64,000 bases of DNA from an uncultured Gemmatimonadales bacterium (lineage in GTDB: Bacteria > Gemmatimonadota > Gemmatimonadetes > Gemmatimonadales > GWC2-71-9), in assembly GCA_963739455.1 (NCBI GenBank), contig CAVUAK010000001.1, positions 1,376,001 through 1,440,000 of the forward strand, read 5' to 3'. Positions 22,125 to 31,525 of the stretch are shown here, in pieces. The position numbers and the translations under genes are program-made. The notes beneath the pieces were generated by a model that had not been told where the DNA came from, ran no database searches, and worked only from the letters and a program-made list of their open reading frames with translations. Numbering within the stretch: the stretch's first letter is position 1; each line of letters opens with the position of its first letter.

Positions 22125-23897
22125 CTACTGCGCGATCTGGCCCAGCTCCCAGGTAGTGCCCTGCCGGGTGAGTTGAACCTGCTCATCCACCACGCGCGTG
22201 CTGCCATACGCCCCGCCGCGGATCTCGGTGGTTGAACCGGTCAGCTGCGCAACGGCACGGTTTCCGTTGACCTGCAACCCCGACACCTTCCAGCGGACAC
22301 TATAGCGTCCACCGGTGGCGAAGAAGCCGCCGAGCTGCTCCTGCCGCGCGCCGGGCATGCCGGGATAGCGACGAAGTGCCTCTGCCATATCGCCCAGCGT
22401 CAGCGCCTGACCATAGCCCTTGAGCACCCGTTCGATCGCCGCGCGTGTCTCGGGGGATACCGCGCCGGGCGCGGCCACTCGTCCGAGCAGCGCATCGCTG
22501 CCGGAGATCTCGCGCTTGGGGGCACCGGCGTCTTCCGGCTCCTCCATGTCCACCACCGACACCGCCACCACCACCGGTGCGGCCTCGGCAGGAGTCGCCT
22601 GCGCGGGCGTTGCTGTCTCGGGCGTCGCAACGCCGGCAGCCGCCTTGGGCCCACGCTTCGGGGCACCAGTGGTACCGGTGCCGGGCGTCTCGGCAGGGCT
22701 GGCCGCATCGGCGCCAACCGTGGCGCCAGGCTGCTGGGCACCGTCGACGGGCTGGTTGGCGGCGACGTCCACCGGAGCGACTGGTGGTGCCTCAGGCGCC
22801 GGGCGCCGCCAGGGCGCGAAATAGATCGCTGCAGCCACTGCGAGCCCAACTGCGGTGACGGCCGCGCCCATTCCCCGGCGGCTCTTCAGCACGCCGATCT
22901 GGACCGTCTTCGCCTCGGACATTCCGAGACTGGCGCGGTGGAACGGAATCGGGCTCCGCGGCGTGGTGTAGCGCACCGTCAGTGGGCGCGAACCGGTGGT
23001 GGCCAGCGTGATGAGCTGCGTTCGCGTGGGCTCGTCCTGCGACGCGGTCAGGTGACCGAGGGCCGCGACTGCTTCCTCGATGGACGGCCAGCGGTCAGCC
23101 GGCTCCTTCGCCAGCATGCGCATGACCGCGGCCGCGAGTTCCGGCGGGCACTCGGCGCGCAGTTCCTCGATGGCCGGCACCGGCACGTGCACGTGCGCAT
23201 ACATCACCGACATCATGGATGTACCGGGGAAGGGCAGGCGGCCGGTCAGCATCTCGTACGCAACGACGCCGAGCGCGTACTGATCGGACGCGCCGCTGAT
23301 GTCGTTCGAGAGGCACTGCTCCGGGCTCATGTACGCCGGCGTGCCGACCATCATGCCCGACGTGGTGAGTCCCTCCGACTCGGCGACCTTGGCGATGCCG
23401 AAGTCGGTGACGACACACCAGCCCTCGTCGTCGATGAGGATGTTGCCGGGCTTGATGTCGCGGTGCACGACACCGTGGCGATGGGCATACCCGACCGCGC
23501 TGGCGACCTGGCCCAGGATGGCCTGGACGGTGGGGACGGGCAGTGCGCCCGTTTCCCGGAGGACGCTGTCGAGCGGGCGCCCCTCGACGTGCTTCATGAC
23601 GAAGTAGAGCAGCCGGTCGGCGTGCCGGACGGAATAGATCGGGATGATGTTGGGATGGCTCAGGGACGCCGCAGTGCGGGCCTCGCGGCGGAACCGCTCG
23701 ACCAGGGCAGGACTGGCGCCGAGGGACGGGGCAATGACCTTGATGGCCACCCGCCGGTCGAGTGCAATATCATGCGCGGCGTAGACCGTGGCCATGCCGC
23801 CGCGACCGAGCTCGCCGAGTATCTCGTACTCGCCCAGCGTGGTCGCGCGGAGGAGGTCGAGTTCGTCGGTGTTTGCGGCGTCCACGGGGGTGGCCAT
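22125..23897 (-). CDS. Hanks-type Ser/Thr protein kinase with TM and C-terminal NTF2-like extracytoplasmic domain
   Basis: LGRGGMATVY, VAIK, HRDIKPGN, DFG, GTPAYMSPEQ; TM MGAAVTAVGLAVAAAIYF. Confidence 0.93.
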   Translation of the reverse strand: MATPVDAANTDELDLLRATTLGEYEILGELGRGGMATVYAAHDIALDRRVAIKVIAPSLGASPALVERFRREARTAASLSHPNIIPIYSVRHADRLLYFVMKHVEGRPLDSVLRETGALPVPTVQAILGQVASAVGYAHRHGVVHRDIKPGNILIDDEGWCVVTDFGIAKVAESEGLTTSGMMVGTPAYMSPEQCLSNDISGASDQYALGVVAYEMLTGRLPFPGTSMMSVMYAHVHVPVPAIEELRAECPPELAAAVMRMLAKEPADRWPSIEEAVAALGHLTASQDEPTRTQLITLATTGSRPLTVRYTTPRSPIPFHRASLGMSEAKTVQIGVLKSRRGMGAAVTAVGLAVAAAIYFAPWRRPAPEAPPVAPVDVAANQPVDGAQQPGATVGADAASPAETPGTGTTGAPKRGPKAAAGVATPETATPAQATPAEAAPVVVAVSVVDMEEPEDAGAPKREISGSDALLGRVAAPGAVSPETRAAIERVLKGYGQALTLGDMAEALRRYPGMPGARQEQLGGFFATGGRYSVRWKVSGLQVNGNRAVAQLTGSTTEIRGGAYGSTRVVDEQVQLTRQGTTWELGQIAQ

Positions 23898-23964
23898 CCG
23901 GTCGGTTTCCTGAGCGGAATTCACGCTTGGTAACGTGCCTCCTTGGGGAGCGGGACGCAAGCTA

Positions 23965-24005
23965 AGTCGGCAGTCGGCAGTCGACAGTCGACAGACAGTC
24001 GTCAG
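23965..24005 (+). repeat. Heptamer array (GTCGGCA/GTCGACA/GTCGTCA)
   Basis: Read directly; last unit contains the stop of the CDGSH gene. Confidence 0.9.
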
Positions 24006-24689
24006 CCGCTCGTGAAGCCTGTCCGGGCATGGCTTCCGTCGCAAAACGGCTTTGTACCAGAGTGGCCACAACGACAGAACGTGGCCTCCGGGGCGGTGCC
24101 CGCCACGGTGCCGCTTGCATCGAGCACGCGCATGTTGCCGGTCAGCTGGAGTGGGCCGTCGCGCTCGGGCTCGATGCGAAGCGGACCCGACGCATCGACG
24201 CTGCTGGTCTCCAGGCTCGCAGCGCGGAATCCGCTTCCCGTCATCCTGGAAGCGCACCTTGAGGTGCGCGTTGTCGCAGTACGGCTTGTGGGCCGACGCA
24301 CCGCAGCGACAGAGCGTGAGCCGCGTCTCCTGCTTCACCGTTCCGTCGGCTGCCACCAACTCGAGTTGCCCGCGCAGGAAGAGCGGACCGTTTCGTGAAA
24401 CCAGGACGTCATTCTCGGCGCTCGGCACTTCCGCGGGGCCGCCATCCTTGCGGACGTACTTGAGGGAGCCGGAGGGGCACAGCTCCACCGCGGCGGCAAT
24501 CCTGTCCGCGGTGCTGTTGCCGGTGATGACCCATGGACGACTGCCGGGATCGAAGACGCGAGGCAACGCGCGGATGCAGGCGCCCACATGGATGCAGCGC
24601 GTCTTGTCGTACGTGACGTCAATGGCGGCACCGGTGTAGAGGTGCAGCTTCTCGGGCAGGGCGTCGCGGGGGTCCAGGTCGTCAGTCAT
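24002..24689 (-). CDS. CDGSH iron-sulfur protein with N-terminal divergent ferredoxin domain; frameshift near 24230
   Basis: CIHVGAC...CPSGSL; LCRCGASAHKPYCDNAH; FCRCGHSGTKPFCDGSH. Confidence 0.9.
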
Positions 24690-24733
24690 CAGTCGTCAGT
24701 CGTCAGTGAGTCGTGAGTCGTCAGTGAGTCAGA
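24681..24733 (+). repeat. Degenerate heptamer array (GTCGTCA/GTCGTGA)
   Basis: gtcagtcatcagtcgtcagtcgtcagtgagtcgtgagtcgtcagtgagtcag spans stop to start. Confidence 0.8.
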
Positions 24734-25152
24734 CGCGCAGGTGGTCGGGGCGCCATTCCTTCACGGCACGCTTGATGTCCCCTGGCTTGGCAAACTCGCC
24801 GGCAAGGACGCGGCGCGCGAGGTCGGGCAGCTCCGCGTCGCTCGCAAAGCGGAGGGCGACGAGCTGCTGCTTGTTGAGCTGCGTCGATCTTTCCGGCAAG
24901 CTCCGGGGCCAGGGCCTGCAGGCGGAGTCGTTCCTCGAGGCGGATGACGCGGTCCTGCACAGTGACCGCCTGGCGCCGGCTAACGCCGAGCACGACGATC
25001 AGGCCGAAGGCGACCACGAAGAGCCACGCCGATGCGGCTGTCGGCACCCGGTACCAGTGCACCCCGGCGATCACGAGATTGGCGACGAAGATCGGCATCG
25101 CGACGAAGTGGAAGAGCGGGTTAAGGCGACGGTGCGTGGCGTAGGATTGCAT
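24729..25152 (-). CDS. DUF6526-like small membrane protein; frameshift near 24885
   Basis: HRR.NPLFHFV, VQDRVIRLEERLR; second frame LVALRFASDAEL...IKRAVKEWRPDHLRV. Confidence 0.75.
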
Positions 25153-25170
25153 GGGACCCTGATAAGAAGC

Positions 25171-25237
25171 GGGAACAGGGGACAGGGAACAGGGAACTGA
25201 AACTGCGTGAGGAGGAACTGCAACTGCGTCAGGCGGA
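25171..25237 (+). repeat. Composite array: (GGGAACA)x~4 followed by two 21-mer AACTGCGTGAGGAGGAACTGC-type units
   Basis: Read directly; ends at the alaX stop. Confidence 0.9.
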
Positions 25238-26410
25238 CTACGCCAGGATCTGGCTCAGGGCTGCGATGACGCTTACAAGTGCCTCCTTCGAGGGGAGGCT
25301 GCCCTGGGCGATGCGCGGAGATCCGCCGCCGCGTCCGCCGGACGCGGTCAGCAATTCCTTCAGTACCTTGCCCGCGTCGACGCTACTCGACGGAGACGTG
25401 GCGAACAGGATCGAGGCGGGGTTGTCGAGTGCGCCAATGAAGATCGCATCGTCGTGGGCGGCAATCGCCTGGGCGAGCGGGCGCAGCGCCTCGAGCGAAC
25501 CGGTCGACACGAGCTCCATGATCACCCGGCGTCCACTGCCGTTCGGCGCCGTGGCAGCGATCCGCTCACTGGCCTGATAGGCAGCGAGCTGGCTGATGAG
25601 CGCCTCGCGCCCGGCGTGCGCATCGCGGAGTTCGCCGCGCTGACGATCGACCAGGCCCGGAGTGTCATCGAGTGCCGCCGAGTAGCCGGTGGCGATATGT
25701 GAGAGCGCCAGGTAGTCGGCACGGGCGCGTCGCACCGCACGGAGCCCGCAGAGGAAATCCACGCGCACCCGCTTCTTCACCCGTTCAACCCGGCGCACCA
25801 GGATGGCACCGATCTCCGCGGTGGAGCGGACGTGGGTGCCGCCACAGGCGCTCCTGTCGAGTTCAGCGATGGTGACGAGGCGCAGCACACCGGCACGCTC
25901 GCTCGGCTTCCTGAGGCCGGTGGCAGTGGCGGCGTCCTCGAAGCTCACGGTGACGGGGCGATTCTCGGCGGCCACGGCATTCGCGCGATCCTGCACATCG
26001 GCGAGCTCGCCGGGCGAGACTTCACCGACGTCGAGGTCCAGCGTGGCGTAGTCGGCGCCGAAGTGCACGCTCACCGTCTCGGCGTTCAGCAGTTCGATGA
26101 AGACCGCAGAGAGGAGATGCTGGCCGGTGTGCTGCTGCATGTGGTCAAAGCGCCGGGGCCAGTCTACCAGTCCCTGGACGCTGGTGGCCGAGAGCGGTGC
26201 GGCGAGCAGGTGCGCCACGCGATCCTCTTCATCAACGACGTCGAGCACGGGAATGCCGTCGAGGGTGCCGAGATCGTGCGGTTGTCCGCCGGACGTCGGG
26301 TAGAAGGCGGAGCGGTCGAGGTAAACGCGACGGCCGCCGTCAGTGCTTTCGCTGACAGCGGCCGAGAACGAGGCGAGATAGGCGTCGGTGTAGTAGAGGC
26401 GCTCGGTCAC
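25238..26410 (-). CDS. Alanyl-tRNA editing protein AlaX (long form with DHHA1)
   Basis: RLYYTDAY, FYPTSGGQPHDLG, QQHTGQH, CGGTH, GGRGGG...AQG. Confidence 0.92.
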   Translation of the reverse strand: MTERLYYTDAYLASFSAAVSESTDGGRRVYLDRSAFYPTSGGQPHDLGTLDGIPVLDVVDEEDRVAHLLAAPLSATSVQGLVDWPRRFDHMQQHTGQHLLSAVFIELLNAETVSVHFGADYATLDLDVGEVSPGELADVQDRANAVAAENRPVTVSFEDAATATGLRKPSERAGVLRLVTIAELDRSACGGTHVRSTAEIGAILVRRVERVKKRVRVDFLCGLRAVRRARADYLALSHIATGYSAALDDTPGLVDRQRGELRDAHAGREALISQLAAYQASERIAATAPNGSGRRVIMELVSTGSLEALRPLAQAIAAHDDAIFIGALDNPASILFATSPSSSVDAGKVLKELLTASGGRGGGSPRIAQGSLPSKEALVSVIAALSQILA

Positions 26411-26419
26411 CCGGGCAAT

Positions 26420-26842
26420 TTAACGCTCGCGATTCTGCATCGCCTCGATGGACGCCTTCACCGCGAGGGCGGAGAGGGTGGCCATGGTGATCTGTACGGT
26501 GATCAGGTCCTGCCAGATGGCGTGGCGGCCGGCGGGATCGACGGCATCGCTGCGGCGGAGCAGGGTGCGGCGGTCATTGGGCCGGGCGCAGCCGGTGGCG
26601 ATGGCGGCGTTCATTTCGGCGGCAATGCGACGCGCGCGGTCCATGAGGCTCTCGGACTTCTCCGCGGCGGTGCGGCACTCGAAGACGGGATCGCGGCCGT
26701 AACGCCAGTCCCAGGACCAGAGCAATCGCACATCCTTGAGGTAGACGTGACCGTCAGCCCCATAGTGTGTGATGCGATAGTTGTGGACGGCTCGACTGGC
26801 CACGGAATCCTCGGCTCGAGTGACAGCAGCAGAGGATCGCAT
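26420..26842 (-). CDS. Hypothetical protein (orphan, start uncertain)
   Basis: Only ORF that fills the efp-alaX gap in operon direction; no recognisable motif. Confidence 0.4.
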   Translation of the reverse strand: MRSSAAVTRAEDSVASRAVHNYRITHYGADGHVYLKDVRLLWSWDWRYGRDPVFECRTAAEKSESLMDRARRIAAEMNAAIATGCARPNDRRTLLRRSDAVDPAGRHAIWQDLITVQITMATLSALAVKASIEAMQNRER

Positions 26843-26890
26843 ATAGCGCGCCGCAGGATGCGGGAGGGGTCCTAGTTGCTAAGTGGTTAG

Positions 26891-26913
26891 GAGTTAAGAG
26901 TTTAGAGTTAAGA
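26891..26913 (+). repeat. Heptamer array GAGTTAA/GAGTTTA x3
   Basis: Read directly; adjoins the efp terminator. Confidence 0.8.
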
Positions 26914-26950
26914 GAAATGGGTGCTGCAAATTCTTGCAGCACCCACTTTC
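26910..26950 (-). terminator. Intrinsic terminator downstream of efp
   Basis: Stem TGGGTGCTGCAA/TTGCAGCACCCA followed by TTTCTCTT on the minus strand. Confidence 0.82.
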
Positions 26951-26975
26951 GTTGCGGTGGCCAGACAGTGTCGGG

Positions 26976-27533
26976 CTACTTCACGCGCTCGAGGTACTCG
27001 CCTGTGGTGGGATTGACCCGCACTTTTTCGCCGCTGCCGACGAACTCGGGCACCTGAATGGTGGCGCCATTCACCAGCGTCGCCGGCTTGCTGCTGGCGG
27101 TCTTGGTGGCGGTCTTCATGACCGGCGCGGTGTCGGAGATCTCGATGTCCAGGGTGGCCGGGAGCTTGATCGAGATCGGGCGGCCATTGAGCCACTCGGC
27201 CTGGAACTTCATCTCCGGCTGCATCCAGGGGCGGAGCTCGCCCACGACTTCGGTGTCAAAGGTGAACTGGTCGTAGGTATGCGAGTCCATGACGTGCACG
27301 TCGGTGCCGTCGTCGTACATGACCTGCATTTCCTTCGTGTCCAGGCGGGCGGTTTCGAGGTCTTCCGTGGAGCTGAAGCGGGTCTCGAAGCTGTTGCCGT
27401 TGGACAAGTTACGCATGCGGACCTGGACGAACGCCCGGAGGTTCCCGGGGGTGCGATGCTGGAAGTCCATCACCCGGCAGGGCTGTCCCTCGTAGATCAC
27501 CACAATGCCCTTCCGGATGTCATTGGCCTTCAT
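26976..27533 (-). CDS. efp: Elongation factor P (loop HRTPGNLRAF)
   Basis: KANDIRKG, AFVQVRMRNL, KPATL.NGA.IQVPEFV..GEKVRVNPTTGEYLER. Confidence 0.92.
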   Translation of the reverse strand: MKANDIRKGIVVIYEGQPCRVMDFQHRTPGNLRAFVQVRMRNLSNGNSFETRFSSTEDLETARLDTKEMQVMYDDGTDVHVMDSHTYDQFTFDTEVVGELRPWMQPEMKFQAEWLNGRPISIKLPATLDIEISDTAPVMKTATKTASSKPATLVNGATIQVPEFVGSGEKVRVNPTTGEYLERVK

Positions 27534-27604
27534 GCCTGGTTCCGCCTTCAATTCGGTGGTCAATCAAGGGCGGGTGCCCGCGCCCAGTGTGTGGGGACAA
27601 AATA

Positions 27605-27657
27605 GGGCAGGGCGGGTAGGGCGGGTAGGGCGCTGGTAAGGCGGGTAGGGCGGGTGG
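27605..27657 (+). repeat. Nonamer array, GGCGGGTAG variant, with four exact GGGNAGGG
   Basis: GGGCAGGG at 27605; GGGTAGGG at 27614, 27623 and 27643. Confidence 0.93.
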
Positions 27658-27732
27658 ATGGTTCAGGGTGAAACTCGTCGTGCGGGGGGACGTATATCAC
27701 ACGCACGACCAACCGCTTCAGCGGAGACGACG

Positions 27733-28035
27733 ATGTCGAACGAGATTACGACGGTATCCAAGGGAGAGATCATGTCCACGACAGAGCAGGTCCACACCGA
27801 AGAGCACAAGGTGGCTGGCGATCGCCTGGTGGAGCGTATCAAGGAACTGGTACGCCAGGGAAATATTCGCCGAGTGATCGTGAAGAACGATGATGGGAAG
27901 TCGCTGATCGAGATTCCGCTCACGATCGGCGTGGTGGGCGCAGTGCTGCTGCCGGTGTGGGTGGCGCTTGGTGCCATTGCGGCACTGGCGGCGCAGTACA
28001 CGATCGAGGTGGAGAAGAGCGACGAAACAGCGTAA
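27733..28035 (+). CDS. DUF4342 domain protein (start 27733 or 27772)
   Basis: LVERIKELVRQGNIRRVIVK...EIPLTIGVVGA..P..ALGAIAAL. Confidence 0.87.
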   Translation: MSNEITTVSKGEIMSTTEQVHTEEHKVAGDRLVERIKELVRQGNIRRVIVKNDDGKSLIEIPLTIGVVGAVLLPVWVALGAIAALAAQYTIEVEKSDETA

Positions 28036-28147
28036 GGCGGCACAGCGACAGCGTAAGGAGGAACCGCGACTGCGGAAGTTCATCCCGCAGTTGTAGTTCC
28101 TCCTTACGTTTTTTCAGTTCCTCCTCACGCTCTTGCTCCTCCTCACG
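28027..28147. repeat. Palindromic cluster of 21-mer GGAGGAAC-family units between convergent genes
   Basis: Two direct units, an ACTGCGG..CCGCAGT core and three inverted units; both stop codons lie within units. Confidence 0.9.
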
Positions 28148-28673
28148 TTTTCCGCTTCACCACAACCTCGGTTGCGGCCGGGTCGATCTTGAGGCCGATC
28201 CACTCCCCGGCGATCGCGTGAGCGGGCACCCCACAGAGCACCCAGAACCACCCCCCGTCCTCGGCCTCGAACGAGGTGTCGTCAGTGCGCCCGACGGGCA
28301 GGCCGGGAAGCACGGCCCGGGTCATGGCATTGGTGAACACCGCCTGGCCACCCTGCTGGGGGAGCTTTTCGCGCTCCGCGACGACCACCAGGCTGTGGCT
28401 GGCGGTTGAGTCCTGGTTGATCCAGTGCCACTTGATGGTCCAGCCGCGGGGCACGATGACCTGGATGCCGCCGTCATGTTCCCCGCTGATGAGGGCGCTG
28501 GCAGCGCCTGCCGGGTGGGTGACGGTGAGATCAAGGAGCACGGTCTTCGCGGCCGGGTCGGGATGGACCCAGCTGGGCAGATCGGCGGCCTGGGCCGAGG
28601 CGGGCTGGGCGAGAGCGGTGACCAGGAAGGCCCCGAAAAGGCCGAATCGCATGCCGGACAAAACCTTAGACAT
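28143..28673 (-). CDS. Sulfocyanin-like cupredoxin with axial Met replaced by Glu
   Basis: Signal peptide; VPRGWTI..WINQD..SHSL; CGVPAHAIAGEW. Confidence 0.8.
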   Translation of the reverse strand: MSKVLSGMRFGLFGAFLVTALAQPASAQAADLPSWVHPDPAAKTVLLDLTVTHPAGAASALISGEHDGGIQVIVPRGWTIKWHWINQDSTASHSLVVVAEREKLPQQGGQAVFTNAMTRAVLPGLPVGRTDDTSFEAEDGGWFWVLCGVPAHAIAGEWIGLKIDPAATEVVVKRKT

Positions 28674-28847
28674 TGGGCTCCAGGGTAAGACGCATCTTGA
28701 CATGGGGCGTACTAACCGGAAATTTGATACACCTCAAAACCACCAAATTCAAATAAAGCAGGTCACCGGATCCGTTGGGGAGCGGGGCCGGGCGTGGGTT
28801 CGATCCGGACCGCGCGAACATCACCACATCACGGGAGCGCACCACAG

Positions 28848-30518
28848 ATGAACTTTCGTCGACTGAGTTGGTTGCCGGCGCTGTGCCTGATCACAGGCAC
28901 CGCGGCTGCGCAGAAGCCGACCGGAGATGACTGGACCACGTACGGCGGAAGCCAGTGGAACCAGCGTTATTCCGGCCTGAATGAGATCAACGCCAGTAAC
29001 GTCGCCCGGCTGGTGCCGCGCGGCATGCTGCAGACCGGCATCGCCAAGGTCGGGTCGTTCGAGAACACGCCGGTCATCGTCGGCAACCGGGCCTACGTCA
29101 CGACGCCGTTCAATACGGCGATCGCGTACGACCTGGACACCGGCAAGCAGCTCTGGCGCTATGAGCACAAGCTCGGCACCACGATCTACTGCTGCGGCCC
29201 GAACAATCGCGGAGTCGCCATCCACGGCCCGCACGTGTACATGGGAACCCTCGACGCCCGTCTTGTCGCACTGAATGCGACGACGGGCGAAGTTGTATGG
29301 GACAACGAGGTCGCCGACCCGACGTACGGGTACAGCATCACGCACGCGCCGCTGATCGTGGACAACACGGTCATCGTGGGCGTGTCCGGTGGTGAGTACG
29401 GCATCCGCGGCCACGTGACGGCGTATGACGCCGTGACCGGCAAGCAGGTGTGGCGCTGGTACTCCATCCCGGCCCCGAAGGGCGATCCGACGTTCGACGA
29501 CAAGGCGCCGAACGGCTGGTGGGGCACGTGGGAGCGCAGCACGCCGGATGGCGCGAGCCTGCACCGTGACATCGCGCAGGAAAAGGCCGACAGCGCGAAG
29601 AACGGCGATGCCTGGACGCGTGGCGGCGGCGGTGTCTGGATGACGCCGGCGTACGATCCCGAGACGCACACCATCTACGTCGCGGTGGGCAACCCGTCCC
29701 CCGACCTGTATGGCGCGATCCGTCCGGGCGACAACCTCTACACCGATGCCGTCGTGGCGATCGATGCCACCACCGGCAAGACGAAGTGGTTCTACCAGAC
29801 CGTTCCGCACGACGTGTGGGACCTCGACGCCGTCTCGCCGCCAGTCGTGGCGACGATCGGTGGCAAGAAGGTCGTAGTGCACGCGGGCAAGACCGGCTGG
29901 GTGTACGTGCTCGACGCCGCGACGGGCAAGCTGGTGCGCCGGTCGGATGCGTTCGTGCCGCAGGAGAACATGTTCGCGCTGCCGACCGGTGGCGAGGGCA
30001 CGCGCATGCTTCCGGGCGCGAACGGTGGTGCGGAGTGGTCGCCGATTTCCATCGACCCGACGCTGGGCTATGCCTACGTCGCAGCACTGCACCAGCCGAT
30101 GTGGTACCGCGCGAACTTCGCGCCGTGGGAGAAGGGCCGTCTCTGGCTGGGTTCCGCCTTCGTGGCGATCCCGACCGAGGAGCAGTACGGCCTGTTCTCG
30201 GCTGTTGACCTGGCCACCGGCAAGATCGCGTGGCAGAACAAGGTGCCGCAGCCGATGATGGGTGGCGCGCTGTCGACCGCTGGTGGCCTGACGTTCACCG
30301 GCGAGGGCAACGGCAACTTCAACGCGTACGAGTCGAAGACGGGCAAGCTGCTCTGGACGTTCAACGCGGGCGCCGGCTGCAACAGCGCCCCGATGAGCTT
30401 CAAGCGCAAGGGTGAGCAGATGATCGGCGTCGCGTGCGGCGGTAACTACCAGCTGAACTACCCGCTGGGCAGCACGATCCTCTTCTTCGGGCTTCCGAAG
30501 AACGTGGCGTCGAAGTAA
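28848..30518 (+). CDS. PQQ-dependent alcohol/methanol dehydrogenase family quinoprotein with no heme domain
   Basis: Signal peptide, QRYS.L.EIN..NV, vicinal CC (YCCG), GGEYGIRG, GNPSP, PHDVWDLD, Trp-docking repeats. Confidence 0.92.
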   Translation: MNFRRLSWLPALCLITGTAAAQKPTGDDWTTYGGSQWNQRYSGLNEINASNVARLVPRGMLQTGIAKVGSFENTPVIVGNRAYVTTPFNTAIAYDLDTGKQLWRYEHKLGTTIYCCGPNNRGVAIHGPHVYMGTLDARLVALNATTGEVVWDNEVADPTYGYSITHAPLIVDNTVIVGVSGGEYGIRGHVTAYDAVTGKQVWRWYSIPAPKGDPTFDDKAPNGWWGTWERSTPDGASLHRDIAQEKADSAKNGDAWTRGGGGVWMTPAYDPETHTIYVAVGNPSPDLYGAIRPGDNLYTDAVVAIDATTGKTKWFYQTVPHDVWDLDAVSPPVVATIGGKKVVVHAGKTGWVYVLDAATGKLVRRSDAFVPQENMFALPTGGEGTRMLPGANGGAEWSPISIDPTLGYAYVAALHQPMWYRANFAPWEKGRLWLGSAFVAIPTEEQYGLFSAVDLATGKIAWQNKVPQPMMGGALSTAGGLTFTGEGNGNFNAYESKTGKLLWTFNAGAGCNSAPMSFKRKGEQMIGVACGGNYQLNYPLGSTILFFGLPKNVASK

Positions 30519-30546
30519 CTATCGGCAAGTCGTTTGCACTGCTGAT

Positions 30547-30590
30547 GGGCGGGAGTGCCTCACGGGGTGCTCCCGCCCTTCAGTTTCTAC
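30547..30590 (+). terminator. GC-rich hairpin with T-rich tail after the dehydrogenase
   Basis: GGGCGGGAGTGCC...GGTGCTCCCGCCC-TTCAGTTTCT. Confidence 0.7.
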
Positions 30591-30611
30591 CGGCCATGAT
30601 GAGGATTCGCA

Positions 30612-31139
30612 ATGATTTACCGCTCGTTTGCCACGACTGCGCTGTTGTTCATCGGTGTCACCGGCATGGTCCACTGCCAGGGACAACCCGCCGCGCGGAA
30701 GCCGGATCCGACCTGGCTCAAGTGGAATGCTGATACCAAGACCGTCACGTTCCAGCTCATCGCTGGAGTACCGGCGGCGTCGAGTCCGTTCAACTTCAAC
30801 GGCTTCACCGACGGCAACCTGACGCTGGTGGTACCGGCGGGCGCCACCGTGGTGATGCCGTTCGTCAATGAAGACGGCGTGCCGCACAGCGCTGAAGTCA
30901 TCTCGGGTACGCTGCCGATCCCGAACATGGGTGGTGACGCCGCGATCCCGAGGGCGTATACGATCAACCTGCTCGAGGGACTTCCCCAGGGCGGGAAGGA
31001 CGTGATGCGCTTCACGGCCGCCCCGAACGCGACCTATCGCATCTTCTGCGGTGTGCCGGGCCACGGACTCTCGGGGATGTACATCGACATGAAGATCGAC
31101 CCGACCGCCAAGGAACCGTCGATGGTGGTCAAGAAATGA
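30612..31139 (+). CDS. Sulfocyanin (SoxE)-like type-1 copper protein
   Basis: FNFNG...LVVPAGATV..FVNED..PHS; CGVPGHGLSGM. Confidence 0.87.
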   Translation: MIYRSFATTALLFIGVTGMVHCQGQPAARKPDPTWLKWNADTKTVTFQLIAGVPAASSPFNFNGFTDGNLTLVVPAGATVVMPFVNEDGVPHSAEVISGTLPIPNMGGDAAIPRAYTINLLEGLPQGGKDVMRFTAAPNATYRIFCGVPGHGLSGMYIDMKIDPTAKEPSMVVKK

Positions 31140-31525
31140 AGGCGGGGAGGGCGGGGAGGGCGGGGATGTTCGGCGCGGTGGCCGGGTCCCTCCTGACGGC
31201 CGGGTTCATGAGCGCCTGGCAGGATCGGTCGTGGTTCGAGCTCGATGGAAGCGACTGGATCGCCATGGAGGCCCCGCAACGCATCGCGTGGACGCAGGGG
31301 TTCCTGGCGGGACGCGCGGTGGGGCAGGTGCCCGATTCAGTGGCTCGCGACACGATTGCCTTTGCGCGGGACCTGACGCGGCTCAAGCAGGATCGCGCGC
31401 TCGCCTTTCCGTATGCGGCTTCGCTGTATGTCTCCCGCATGGGGGACTACTACTACTGGGAAAACAATCGTCCGCATCCGCTGTGGTGGGGCATGCAGGA
31501 CGTGAATGGAGAGTTGAAGAGATGA
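31136..31525 (+). CDS. Hypothetical secreted protein
   Basis: ATGA overlap with the upstream gene; repeat-derived N-terminus MKAGRAGRAG then hydrophobic stretch. Confidence 0.7.
   Translation: MKAGRAGRAGMFGAVAGSLLTAGFMSAWQDRSWFELDGSDWIAMEAPQRIAWTQGFLAGRAVGQVPDSVARDTIAFARDLTRLKQDRALAFPYAASLYVSRMGDYYYWENNRPHPLWWGMQDVNGELKR
31139..31166 (+). repeat. Nonamer array x3 forming a signal-peptide n-region
   Basis: AAGGCGGGGAGGGCGGGGAGGGCGGGGA. Confidence 0.93.

Noticed and set aside
22125..24689. 854-aa Fe-S/CDGSH-kinase fusion in the ORF track
   Set aside because: Artefact of a frameshift near 24230. The second CDGSH domain is in another frame with its own stop at 24002, and the apparent linker is translated heptamer repeat.
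26420..26842. Orphan ORF between efp and alaX as a toxin or mobile cargo
   Set aside because: No motif, partner gene or flanking direct repeats support this, so it is kept only as a low-confidence CDS.
30523..30538. Sigma54 promoter CGGCAAGTCGTTTGCA upstream of the sulfocyanin gene
   Set aside because: GG-N10-GC spacing is right, but the -24 match is weak and a terminator-like hairpin follows immediately, so support is insufficient.
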